Shown: positions 1-10,529 of the stretch, piece by piece | Numbering within the stretch: the first letter of the stretch is position 1 | Layout: the number at the start of each line of letters is the position of its first letter | NCBI RefSeq assembly: GCF_006345805.1 | Contig: NC_043010.1 | Coordinates: 20,522,001 to 20,586,000, forward strand | Reading direction: 5' to 3' | DNA from: Octopus sinensis | Lineage: Eukaryota | Length of the DNA stretch: 64,000 bases | Notes under the pieces: generated by a model | What the model saw: the letters and a program-made list of their open reading frames with translations, nothing else | What the model was told of the DNA's origin: nothing | Databases searched by the model: none | Translations under genes and position numbers: made by a program

Positions 1-173
1 GGCTGGTCTTTTGAAATACAGGTACAGTAGGGCTCGCCACCACCCCCTGCCGGAGCTTCATTGAGCTTTAGGTGTTTGCACTCAATAAACACTCACAATG
101 CCCGGTCTGGGAATCAAAACTGTGATCCTATGACTGTGAGTCCACTGCCTTAACCAGTGGGCCATTGCACCTC
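1..173 (-). mobile_element. tRNA-derived SINE, 5' head and part of body
   Basis: Minus strand reads GAGGTGCAATGGCCCACTGGTTAAGGCAGTGGACTCACAG...GTTTTGATTCCCAG, with A-box-like and B-box-like motifs. Confidence 0.6.
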
Positions 174-185
174 TACACACACACA

Positions 186-269
<84 letters not shown>

Positions 270-314
270 TACATACATATATATACACACACATACACAT
301 GTACACATATACAC

Positions 315-425
315 GGTTTTAGACCCACTGCATGGGACCTTGGGAAAAGGTCTTCTACTATAGCCTCGGGTTGACTAAAACCTTTGTGAATAGATTTGGC
401 AGACAGAAACTGAAAGAAGCCCGTC

Positions 426-463
<38 letters not shown>

Positions 464-473
464 TATATATATG

Positions 474-504
<31 letters not shown>

Positions 505-730
505 GTATATATACATATGTATTTTGTGTGCCTGTATTTGTCTCCCTACCCTCGCTTGACAACCAATGCTGGTGTGTGTTTTTATGTCCCCCGTAACTTA
601 GTGGTTTAGCAAAAGAGACCGATAGAATAAGTACTAGGCTTCCAAAGAACAAGTCCTGGGGTTGATTTGTTCGACTAAAGGCGGTGCTCCAGCATGGCTG
701 CAGTCAACTGACTGAAACAAATGCAAGAAT
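315..730 (+). mobile_element. SINE family S1 (5'-truncated copy with internal TA/TATG tract)
   Basis: Body matches the copies at 12955-13378, 29636-30010 and 46108-46515 (…gaaactgaaagaagcccgtcg…gactaaaggcggtgctccagcatgg…gactgaaacaa). Confidence 0.8.
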
Positions 731-749
731 ATATATATATATTTTTTTT

Positions 750-1125
750 TTCACTTGTTTCAGTCATTTGACTATGGCCATGCTGGAGTACCACCTTTAA
801 CCATTCAAATCAACCCCAGGACTATTTCTTTGTAAACCTTGTATTTATTCTATTGGTTTCTTTTGCCAAACTGCTAAGTTACAGGGATATAAAGGCAGCA
901 ACATCGGTTGTCAAGCGATTGTGGGGAGACAAATACAGACACTAATAACAAACACACACATACATATATACTTATATATATACGACAGGCTTCTTTAAGT
1001 TTCCTTCTATGAAATCCACTCACAAGGCTTTGGTTGGCTCGAGGCTATAGTAAAAGACACTTGCCCAAGGTGCCACGCAGTGGGACTGAATCCAGAACCA
1101 TGTGGTTGGGAAGCAAGCTTCTTAG
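750..1125 (-). mobile_element. SINE family S1
   Basis: Reverse complement of the S1 body and tRNA-like head; sits tail-to-tail with the copy at 315-730. Confidence 0.8.
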
Positions 1126-1283
1126 ACTTTTGCTATTCCTGAGTGTTATACTAATACATCTGTTTGTATTGTACACCACCTGTCTTCGTCTTTTGTTTTT
1201 TCGTAAACTCTCCCTATATTATATATATATATAAATGTATATAATACATACATACGTACATACATACGTACATACAAATATAC

Positions 1284-1322
<39 letters not shown>

Positions 1323-1486
1323 AAAACTTTGCCGCATACTGAACTCATTAGAAATAGCAGCTAAAAAAACTTTTTTAAAAACTATTTCCAATACTTAAAG
1401 AAAACCTCTCTCATATAGTGTTTGCTCAATCCAACTCACGCAAATATGGGGGTAGAGACATTAAAAAATCAAGTGCAAAGGTTATT

Positions 1487-1540
1487 TGAGAACGTACGTT
1501 TCAAGATTAGTCAAAATTCGACATTTCTATCATCAGCTCA
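1487..1540 (-). ncRNA. type I hammerhead ribozyme motif, family A
   Basis: Minus strand: TGAG-CTGATGA-[T AGA..GTC/GAC..TCT T]-GAAA-C GTAC G-TT-CTCA; second minus copy at 2047-2100. Confidence 0.6.
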
Positions 1541-2452
1541 GAACTCCCTGGTTTGGATTTGAAAACACTGAAAGTAGGAGCATACCCTTTCGGCTTCCTC
1601 TCGCTTCTGAAGATCTGCTCGCAACTAACAGTGCCAACAAACTCAAAAATGCAAGCGAAGAATTTCTGCTCTCCCCTTTCCACCAGCGTGGGCCAAAATC
1701 AGCAAATACTATGCTTTTTTCGGTAAAATCCGCGGCATTATATAGAGAGAGATGAATTATAATTTCAACAATTGAGGGTAAAATTAATTAATTAATCAAT
1801 TTCACCAAGTATTCAGTATGCAAAGGGACCATTTAAGGCGTATTCAAATTATTACATTATATAAAAGGGCTTAGTAAAATAAATTACTTTGCCGCATACT
1901 GAACTCATTAGAAATAGCAGCTAAAAAAACTTTTTTTAAAACTATTTCCAATACTTAAAGAAAACCTCTCTCATATAGTGTTTGCTCAATCCAACTCACG
2001 CAAATATGGGGGTAGAGACATTAAAAAATCAAGTGCAAAGGTTATTTGAGAACGTACGTTTCAAGATTAGTCAAAATTCGACATTTCTATCATCAGCTCA
2101 GAACTCCCTGGTTTGGATTTGAAAACACTGAAAGTAGGAGCATACCCTTTCGGCTTCCTCTCGCTTCTGAAGATCTGCTCGCAACTAACAGTGCCAACAA
2201 ACTCAAAAATGCAAGCGAAGAATTTCTGCTCTCCCCTTTCCACAGCGTGGGCCAAAATCAGCAAACACTATGCTTTTTTTGGTAAAATCCGCGGCATTAT
2301 ATAGAGAGAGATGAATTATAATTTCAACAATTGAGGGTAAAATTAATTAATTAATCAATTTCACCAGTATTCAGTATGCAAAGGGACCATTTAAGGCGAA
2401 TTCAATTATTACATTATAAAAGGGCTTAGTAAAATAAATTACTTTGGAGTTC

Positions 2453-2506
2453 TGAGCTGATGATAGAAATGTCGAATTTTGACTAATCTTGAAACGTACG
2501 TTCTCA
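2453..2506 (+). ncRNA. type I hammerhead ribozyme motif, family A
   Basis: Stem I TGAG/CTCA, CTGATGA at 2457-2463, GAAA at 2491-2494, palindrome AACGTACGTT, GUU triplet. Stem II is weak. Repeated at 3010-3063. Confidence 0.6.
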
Positions 2507-3411
2507 AATAACCTTTGCACTTGATTTTTTAATGTCTCTACCCCCATATTTGCGTGAGTTGATTGAGCAAACACTATATGAGAGAGGTTTTTTAAGTATT
2601 GGAAATAGTTTAAAAAAAAGTTTTTTTAGCTGCTATTTCTAATGAGTTCAGTATGCGGCAAAGTAATTTATTTTACTAAGCCCTTTTATATAATGTAATA
2701 ATTTGAATTCGCCTTAAATGGTCCCTTTGCATACTGAATACTTGGTGAAATTGATTAATTAATTAATTTTACCCTCAATTGTTGAAATTATAATTCATCT
2801 CTCTCTATATAATGCCGCGGATTTTACCGAAAAAAGCATAGTGTTTGCTGATTTTGGCCCACGCTGGTGGAAAGGGGAGAGCAGAAATTCTTCGCTTGCA
2901 TTTTTGAGTTTGTTGGCACTGTTAGTTGCGAGCAGATCTTCAGAAGCGAGAGGAAGCCGAAAGGGTATGCTCCTACTTTCAGTGTTTTCAAATCCAAACC
3001 AGGGAGTTCTGAGCTGATGATAGAAATGTCGAATTTTGACTAATCTTGAAACGTACGTTCTCAATAACCTTTGCACTTGATTTTTTAATGTCTACTACCC
3101 CCATATTTGCGTGAGTTGGATTGAGCAAACACTATATGAGAGAGGTTTTCTTTAAGTATTGGAAATAGTTTTTAAAAAAGTTTTTTTAGCTGCTATTTCT
3201 AATGAGTTCAGTATGCGGCAAAGTAATTTATTTTACTAAGCCCTTTTATATAATGTAATAATTTGAATTCGCCTTAAATGGTCCCTTTGCATACTGAATA
3301 CTTGGTGAAATTGATTAATTAATTAATTTTACCCTCAATTGTTGAAATTATATATATATATATATATATGATTGAAACCAGTAAAAGTGTTAAGGAGTAT
3401 ATATATGTATG

Positions 3412-3455
<44 letters not shown>

Positions 3456-3581
3456 TCGAGTAAAGGTAATAAATCTTATTAACGGATCATAAATCCCAAT
3501 GAAAATACTGGTTAGTTACCAATCCATAGAAAGTTCAACTCTAAGGTAACCATAGAAACCGTCATGGTTCATTTATATATT

Positions 3582-3877
3582 TAAAGAATAAGGAGAAAAA
3601 TGGAGAGGTAATTAATAAAATTATTTATTAATTATAAAATATGACAACATCTCTGACAGCTGTTTCGATAGTTAACGGGTGTATAGCCATTATCTCAACA
3701 TGTATTTTTAATCAGTATATCCTTACTACCTGTGAAGAGATTCATCTTATAATGATTTTAATTTTATAAATTAATTTCTAAATTTCTAAAATTTCTAAAT
3801 TGAAACAGCTGTCAGAGATGTTATATTTTATAATTAATAAATAATTTTATTAATTACCACTCCATTTTCTCCTTATT

Positions 3878-3882
<5 letters not shown>
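3582..3882. repeat. ~85-bp-arm inverted repeat with HHR 3' halves (family B)
   Basis: 3582-3666 is the reverse complement of ~3800-3882; each arm begins GAAAC-AGCT-GTC-AGAG and runs outward into a TA-rich tract. Confidence 0.75.
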
Positions 3883-3921
<39 letters not shown>

Positions 3922-3967
3922 AAGTAAACTTGCAAAGTACTGCACGTGTGAAAATATATAGGAAAGA

Positions 3968-4102
3968 GGGTTTGAAAATGCAAAGGTCTCTTAAAGATGT
4001 TTATTGACTTGACAGGTTTCACTTTTTTTAAAAACAGATTTTCAAAAAGTGAAACCAGTGAAGTCAATAAACATCTTTAAAAGACCTCTGCATCTTCAAA
4101 CT
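3968..4102. repeat. ~55-bp-arm imperfect hairpin (family C)
   Basis: ATGCAAAGGTCTCTTAAAGATGTTTATTGACTTGACAGGTTTCACTTTTT versus AAAAAGTGAAACCAGTGAAGTCAATAAACATCTTTAAAAGACCTCTGCAT: 4 mismatches in 50. Confidence 0.75.
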
Positions 4103-4665
4103 CTGGTATTTATGGCTATCATACCAAGAGTTGGTCTTCCCTATTTTCTTTTTTGTCCTTTCTATAGTGTTCCATGACTTGTTCCTATAGAGTGGGCAAA
4201 TCCCATTCCTATCATTACATAATATATTATCAAATTTCTTCATGGCTCCTTTGTATACTCTGATCCTTTCTTTATGGCTGTAACCTGAGAACTGCATGTG
4301 GTGAATGAAATATTGTATGTGTCTCTTTAACACTGTGGGCTCACACATGCGTGACACATTTCTCATTATTCTGACGAGGTCTTCCATCAAAATATTGAAT
4401 TTGGCATTGTCCGCAATGGCTGAGTTCCGGTGGATCAAGTATTTTGAGGCCATAGGTTTGGCATAGTATGAATGAAGGATTTGGGTTTTATTATTCACAA
4501 TTTCTAGCCAGAGTTCAGTGTCTAGAACTGGTAGTCTATGTTTGAGGTGTTTAGTGGGGTAGTCTATTGTGACCTTAATACTCTGGTGGATGGAGTTAGC
4601 TATTTGCTGGATGCTCTCCATAGTATTAGTTTCTATTACTATATCAACATTACTCTCTTACACCC
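4103..4665 (-). pseudogene. inverted duplicate of the PLE RT segment, extending further N-terminal
   Basis: MESIQQIANSIHQSIKVTIDYPTKHLKHRLPVLD…SWYDSHKYQS; 4 substitutions in ~390 nt plus one short indel region relative to the + copy. Confidence 0.9.
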
Positions 4666-4668
4666 CAG

Positions 4669-5623
4669 CCATAGACTACCAGTACTAGACACTGAACTCT
4701 GGCTAGAAATTGTGAATAATAAAACCCAAATCCTTCATTCATACTATGCCAAACCTATGGCCTCAAAATACTTGATCCACCGGAACTCAGCCATTGCGGA
4801 CAATGCCAAATTCAATATTTTGATGGAAGACCTCGTCAGAATAATGAGAAATGTGTCACGCATGTGCGAGCCCACAGAGTTAAAGAGACACATACAATAT
4901 TTCATTCACCGCATGCAGTTCTCAGGTTACAGCCATAAAGAAAGGATCAGAGTATACAAAGGAGCCATGAAGAAATTTGATAATATATTATGTAATGATA
5001 GGAATGGGATTTGCCCACTCTATAGGAACAAGTCATGGAACACTATAGAAAGGACAAAAAAGAGAATAAAAAAAGAGAAGGCCAACTCTTAGTATGATAG
5101 CCATAAATACCAGAGTGTCATGTTCGTTGACACCACCCCTGGAGGTGATCTGGCGTACCGCTTTAGAAGGACCCTAGACAAACTTAAGCTAAGAATTAAG
5201 GTTGTTGAAAAGCCAGGCAACCCTATCAAATCTATAATTGGTAGAACCTATACTTTTAGTAGAACCCCCTGTACGGATAAGTACTGTACTGTATGTAGAT
5301 TTAGCCCACAAACAAACTGTAAAGCCAGAAATGTAGTCTATAGTATAAGATGTATAGAGGGACGATGCAGTAACAAGACGACATACGTAGGGGAAACGGC
5401 AAGAAGCATAGGAGAGCGGGTAAACGAACATTGGAGACAACTCAAGGAAGGTAAAAGCTCATCGATTCTGTACCAACACGCCGAACAGGAACACGGGGGA
5501 TCAATCAATAACATAGAAATTAAAATATTGTCCACACATAGAACAGATGCAACAATTAGACAAATTACAGAAGCTACACACATAATAGAAAATAAACCTA
5601 GCCTTAATAGAAAACTAGAATGA
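4669..5623 (+). pseudogene. PLE polyprotein fragment: RT thumb, Cys-rich linker, GIY-YIG endonuclease
   Basis: HRLPVLDTELW…YYAKPMAS…RIMRNVS…SGY, then NVVYSIRC…YVGETARSIGERVNEH…LYQHAEQEH…RQITEATHIIENKPSLN. In-frame TAG at 5090-5092 is TGG in the inverted copy. Confidence 0.9.
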
Positions 5624-6063
5624 AGCACTCACACACACCACAACATATGACGATAGAGGATCCTGAAAACATAATAAATACACAGATAAATAAACTAATA
5701 GAAATAAATAACTATATATATATATTTTTTTTTCGATTCGATTTATTATTATTATTACTAGTATTGTTGTTATACATACATACATACATACATACAAGCA
5801 TATGTAATGATAATAATAAGTGGATGTAAACACATGAACAAAATAAGAATAAACAAAAACAACAAAAACAAAAAACAAAATACAAATTACATGAACATAT
5901 ATAAACAGAAGATACAAATATTACAGGCATCCCCCCACATACACACTAAATAAACATAGACGCACATAGAGATATAAGCATGTGCAAATGAAGACATACA
6001 ATAGAAATACAAAATGGCTGACGGTTAGTAAGGAGAGACACAAATAAGAAAGAAGAAAGCAAA

Positions 6064-6108
6064 GGACCACTGATGCGGTCACAGGAGTGTGACGAAAGAA
6101 CTCTGGCC
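6064..6108 (+). ncRNA. minimal type I hammerhead motif in PLE 3' region (core variant CUGAUGC)
   Basis: GGACCA-CTGATGC-G-GTCAC(AGGAGT)GTGAC-GAAA-G AA C-TC-TGGCC. Confidence 0.6.
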
Positions 6109-6297
6109 AAAATAAGATTAAGATTAATGTAAAAAATAAATAACACTGAAGCAAAATAACACCAAATATATAGTGCATGTGTTTTTATTGGCTAAACTGG
6201 CAATATGACCATTCTGAAATATAACAATATCTGTTTCAACACACGACTTCACATAAAAAATCTTGCACAACAAATATTTAAACGTATATATATATAT

Positions 6298-6450
6298 ATT
6301 ATGGCTGCCCCCTCGTTATCGAGTATGGCCATTGCACGAAGCTTAACTGTTACTGGTGCTGTGATTGAATGTGACTTTTTAGCCCAGCTAAAGATCTACA
6401 ATGTCTTGTACAGAATTTGCAACTAATACCTTTACCGGTAATAGCCGGTA
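6298..6450 (-). mobile_element. RTE LINE 3' tip
   Basis: Minus frame CKFCTRHCRSLAGLKSH (RTE-type C-terminal Zn motif), then GCCATACTCGATAACGAGGGGGCAGCC terminal motif before (TA)n. Confidence 0.55.
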
Positions 6451-6483
6451 TATATATATATATATATAAATACACATACAATC

Positions 6484-6514
<31 letters not shown>

Positions 6515-6541
6515 CATACATATATATATATAATATATATA

Positions 6542-6574
<33 letters not shown>

Positions 6575-6636
6575 CATACATACATACATATATATCATCG
6601 TCATCATCATCATCATCGTTTATGATGATGATGATG

Positions 6637-6669
<33 letters not shown>

Positions 6670-6671
6670 TT

Positions 6672-6704
<33 letters not shown>

Positions 6705-6705
<1 letters not shown>

Positions 6706-7092
6706 CTTTATATATAAAAGTGAAGTTGTGTGTCTGTCTCCTACGATTTAGATTCCTAACTACTCCCACATTTTGCGGTGCAGTTTAACCAAAACCGGGT
6801 ATCTTATAGTGGTGATTCATATCGAGCCCTTCTGGTTATTAGCGCGATGAGTCTATGATTTAAAAAAGAATTTACCATCATTTTTTCCATTTTAATGCAT
6901 TTTTTTCGCTATTATATAAGGGAAGTAACTCTCTAAAAACGTCTACGATGAGTCAACGATTTAAAAAAAAATTTACCATCATTTTTTTCCATTTTTAATG
7001 CATTTTTTGCTATTTTTTGGCTATAACTCTCTAAAAATGCTTATATAGTTATTTCCCTTACAAACCCGAGCAACGCCGGGCGATACTGCTAG
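6705..7092 (+). mobile_element. non-autonomous Helitron
   Basis: A|TCTTTATATATAAAAG 5' end; CCCG-AGCAACGC-CGGG hairpin at 7065-7080; CTAG|T 3' end; internal ~100-bp tandem duplication. Confidence 0.85.
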
Positions 7093-7121
7093 TATATATA
7101 TGTATACATATATACACACAC

Positions 7122-7515
<394 letters not shown>

Positions 7516-8066
7516 AGACACAACAGAATATATACATACATACATATACATATATATATATATCACCATCATCATCATATAACTTCCTTTTTTCCCCACA
7601 AACACACTTTCTCTCTGTATCCAATGTCTATTGTCTGGAATATTTTTACTATAAATCTATGCTATGGAGTCAGTCAGGGCCATTGGGACTAAAATGTTAT
7701 CAGCTATTAGCTGTCCTGTTCAAATAAATTGACACATTTATAATTCTCATGTTTTTAACTCATTTTGAATCCCTTTTCAAACTACGGTTAACTGTCAATA
7801 CAGGAGAACTGTGATCCTGGCATGATTTCCTGTACTGTAATAGGAATTTTAAAGAGGCCAGAAGTGGAATGAGGAAAATCCCACAGAAGAAATATATACA
7901 TATATGTATGTATGTGTGTAAATATATATACATATATACATGCATACACACTCACATGATGATGTTGATGATGAAAATGATGATGATGATAATGATGATG
8001 TGATGATGATGATAGGAGTTGAGGAAATGGAATGATAAATACTTGTAAATAACTCATCTCACTTTC

Positions 8067-8098
<32 letters not shown>

Positions 8099-8349
8099 CA
8101 CGCACACACACTCACATGGTGATGATGTTGATGATGATAATGATGATGATATGAGTTGAGGAAATAGAATGACAAATACTTGTGAATAAATTGTCTCACT
8201 TTCATGGAAGAGTCTCTTCATGTTTAACTCTTTTATGGAACTGGGACACCTTACCTTCAACCCCCTACTTGGTCCATTCACTTCCATGACTTCTGTCTCC
8301 TCATCACTCCATTTCATCTTCCCCACCACTTCATCATTCCACACCTTGG

Positions 8350-8990
8350 ACAGACTTCACCATCATCCACTTCATTCTGACCCCTTTTTCTTTCCCTAGG
8401 CCCAACACATAAGAGGCCAGACTGGACCACTCTCGGTTTCACCCTGGCCCTGCTACACTTACCAATCAACACACTCTCCTCTGGGTCACTTCAATTGCCA
8501 CCTGACACCAACTCTTGCTTTTAGCTCCCTACCTCCTCATATACATCTTCAGTCCCCTCCAGGAGCCTTTCTTCGTCTCGTATAGACTCTCACAGCTTCC
8601 ACCCACTGGTTACCCCAGCCCCTTTCTCTCACTCTCCCCACCCTACTTCTCTTTCCTTTATTGCTCTCCCTGCCCCCACACACTGTTTTCCCACCCTCTG
8701 CCTCATTTTCTCTCACTGTCCTTTCTTCACAGCTTCTCCTGCACCTCAACATGTCTTGTCATCTTCCCCATCCCCACCTCTATCCCTACAACCCTCCACA
8801 CTTCTCTCTTCTTTCAAGGGATTCTCTCAAGATTCTTCATCACTGGCATCCTCCTCCCCTTACCCCTACACCTTCCACCCATACCATCCCTCTCCGTTCA
8901 CACTCTAGCACCCTCACCCATCCACTCACCCTTTCTCATCTGCTTTTCCTCTCCTCCTGTATTGACCTTCTACTTTGAGAGTTCACCATG
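8350..8990 (+). mobile_element. possible decayed PLE GIY-YIG end plus pyrimidine-rich 3' UTR
   Basis: One frame reads HIRGQTG…SPLGHFNCH, resembling YIGQTG…PVAxHFN; followed by a CT-rich tract. Highly degenerate. Confidence 0.3.
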
Positions 8991-9389
8991 ACATCTCATC
9001 ACCACCATCTTCATCTTTCTTTCTTTCCAACTACATGCGCGCGTGCACACACACACACACACACAGAACAAAGCACCTGTTCCTGTCCCTCTATCATACT
9101 TTCACACCTCAGGACGTCGCACAAAGCCACCTTGCTCTCTAGAAGACCCTCACTCTGTTAAATTACTTGGTGACCTTATTAGTTCTGGTAGAATGGCAAA
9201 AAACCCTTAATAGCTTTAGGAAGGGCATCCAGCTCTTGAAACTATGCCAAAGCAGGTAATATCAGAGCTTGATACAGTTCTCTTGGTTGTTGGACCCTGT
9301 TGAACTGTTCAACCCATGCCAGCATGGAACATGGATATTAAATGATAAAAATTATAATGCTGATTTCATATGTGTGTGTGTGTGTGTGT

Positions 9390-9620
9390 GGTGGCTCGTA
9401 GTTTAGTGATTAGGTGTGTTGCATTCATGATCTCAAGATTGTAGTTTTGATTCCTGGATTGGGCAATGCATTGTGTCCTTGAGCAAAACACTTCGTTTCA
9501 TGTTATTCCTGTCCACTCAGCAAAAAGGATTAGCCATGCAATGGGCCAGCACCCTGTCCAGTCGAGAGGAATATATATGCCACAGAATCCAGGAGACAAA
9601 TCTTATGAGCCTATGGCTCC
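9390..9620 (+). mobile_element. tRNA-derived SINE family S4 (decayed)
   Basis: GTGGCTCGTAGTTTAGTG…GTTTTGATTCCTGG…GTGTCCTTGAGCAAAACACTT; related to 53330-53650. Confidence 0.55.
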
Positions 9621-10001
9621 AGAAAGACCTTTGGTCTTTTTACTTTATAAACGTAAAAGAACACAAATGGGGTCAAAAATTTATGACAGCTGTTTTGGTA
9701 GAATTTTATTAATGACATTGAGACATACACCATCTTCAGATAAAATGTCAAACAGGTACAAACAGGTGAGATAATACCCTGATGATGACCAATACAATCA
9801 ACATTTTTGGATAAGTTAAATTAGATTTGGTAACTTACATATCTACAGTATCCTACTAACATTTGATACCTTCCTGATTGGTTTACCTCCCTGTGAACCC
9901 TACCTTATTGTACGTAGCTATTTCTGGCATTCTATGTGTTCATGTGCCTAAATTCTAATGAGTCCTATAATTAATCAATATGTATATATATGTATATGCA
10001 A

Positions 10002-10033
<32 letters not shown>

Positions 10034-10069
10034 TCATATACACTCACTTGCACACACACACACATATAT

Positions 10070-10282
10070 ATAGAAGGTGGAGATGAAAAGTTCTTGGCTT
10101 TGAGTAAAAGAAAATACTAGAGGATCAATTAATTATGATTTTATTCAATATATTCCCCCTCTCAAATTCACACACTTATTGCAGTGGTCCTTCGGTTTTC
10201 CTAAGCCCTGCAAAAGAACCCAGATGGTAGAACCTACAACCAGGCATTTTGCAGTACCCTTAAAACCAAGAACTTTTCAATA

Positions 10283-10291
<9 letters not shown>
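10070..10291. mobile_element. mariner-type MITE
   Basis: Imperfect TIRs sharing TGAAAAGTTCTTGG / CCAAGAACTTTTCA; TA-flanked. Confidence 0.55.
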
Positions 10292-10315
<24 letters not shown>

Positions 10316-10374
10316 ATGATTGATCATTAAATCCAGATTTTTTTTATTCTCTTTCTGTTTATTTCCTCATGTTC

Positions 10375-10410
10375 CTTTCTGCTGAAGAGCGTAGGCTCGA
10401 AATGTAAAAG
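10375..10410 (+). ncRNA. atypical HHR-like motif, family F
   Basis: CTTT-CTGCTGA-A-GAGC(GTAG)GCTC-GAAA-TG-TA-AAAG; a second copy lies at 63218-63253 on the minus strand. Confidence 0.45.
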
Positions 10411-10494
10411 ACTTTCTCACTTTCCAGAGCATCAATCTAATACACCTGCTTGTTGTTTATACACCTGGTTTTTTTTTGTAAATTTCAACTACAC

Positions 10495-10529
<35 letters not shown>

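Larger units (their letters stand above)
1326..3352. repeat. ~560-bp HHR-bearing tandem array with internal inversion (family A; retrozyme/PLE pseudo-LTR-like)
   Basis: ACTTTGCCGCATAC at 1326 and 1886 (period 560). Orientation switches at 2445/2446, followed by ~1.6 inverted units to 3352. Flanked by (TA)n on both sides; units are near-identical. Confidence 0.9.
4103..6290 (+). mobile_element. Penelope-like element, 5'-truncated, with inverted 5' segment and HHR-bearing 3' region
   Basis: RT C-terminal region plus GIY-YIG on + (4669-5623); inverted duplicate at 4103-4665; 3' UTR with HHR at 6064-6108 ending at (TA)n near 6290. Confidence 0.85.

Noticed and set aside
1600-1670. Possible opposite-polarity HHR in family A (CTGAAGA…GAAG)
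   Set aside because: GAAA is absent, and stems I and III cannot be formed.
1486-1755. 89-93-aa ORF repeated in family A units
   Set aside because: It is antisense to the HHR, has no ATG start or recognisable motif, and is broken by a 1-nt indel in the second unit.
5090-5092. Selenocysteine read-through of the PLE internal stop
   Set aside because: The stop is TAG, not TGA, and the inverted copy has TGG.
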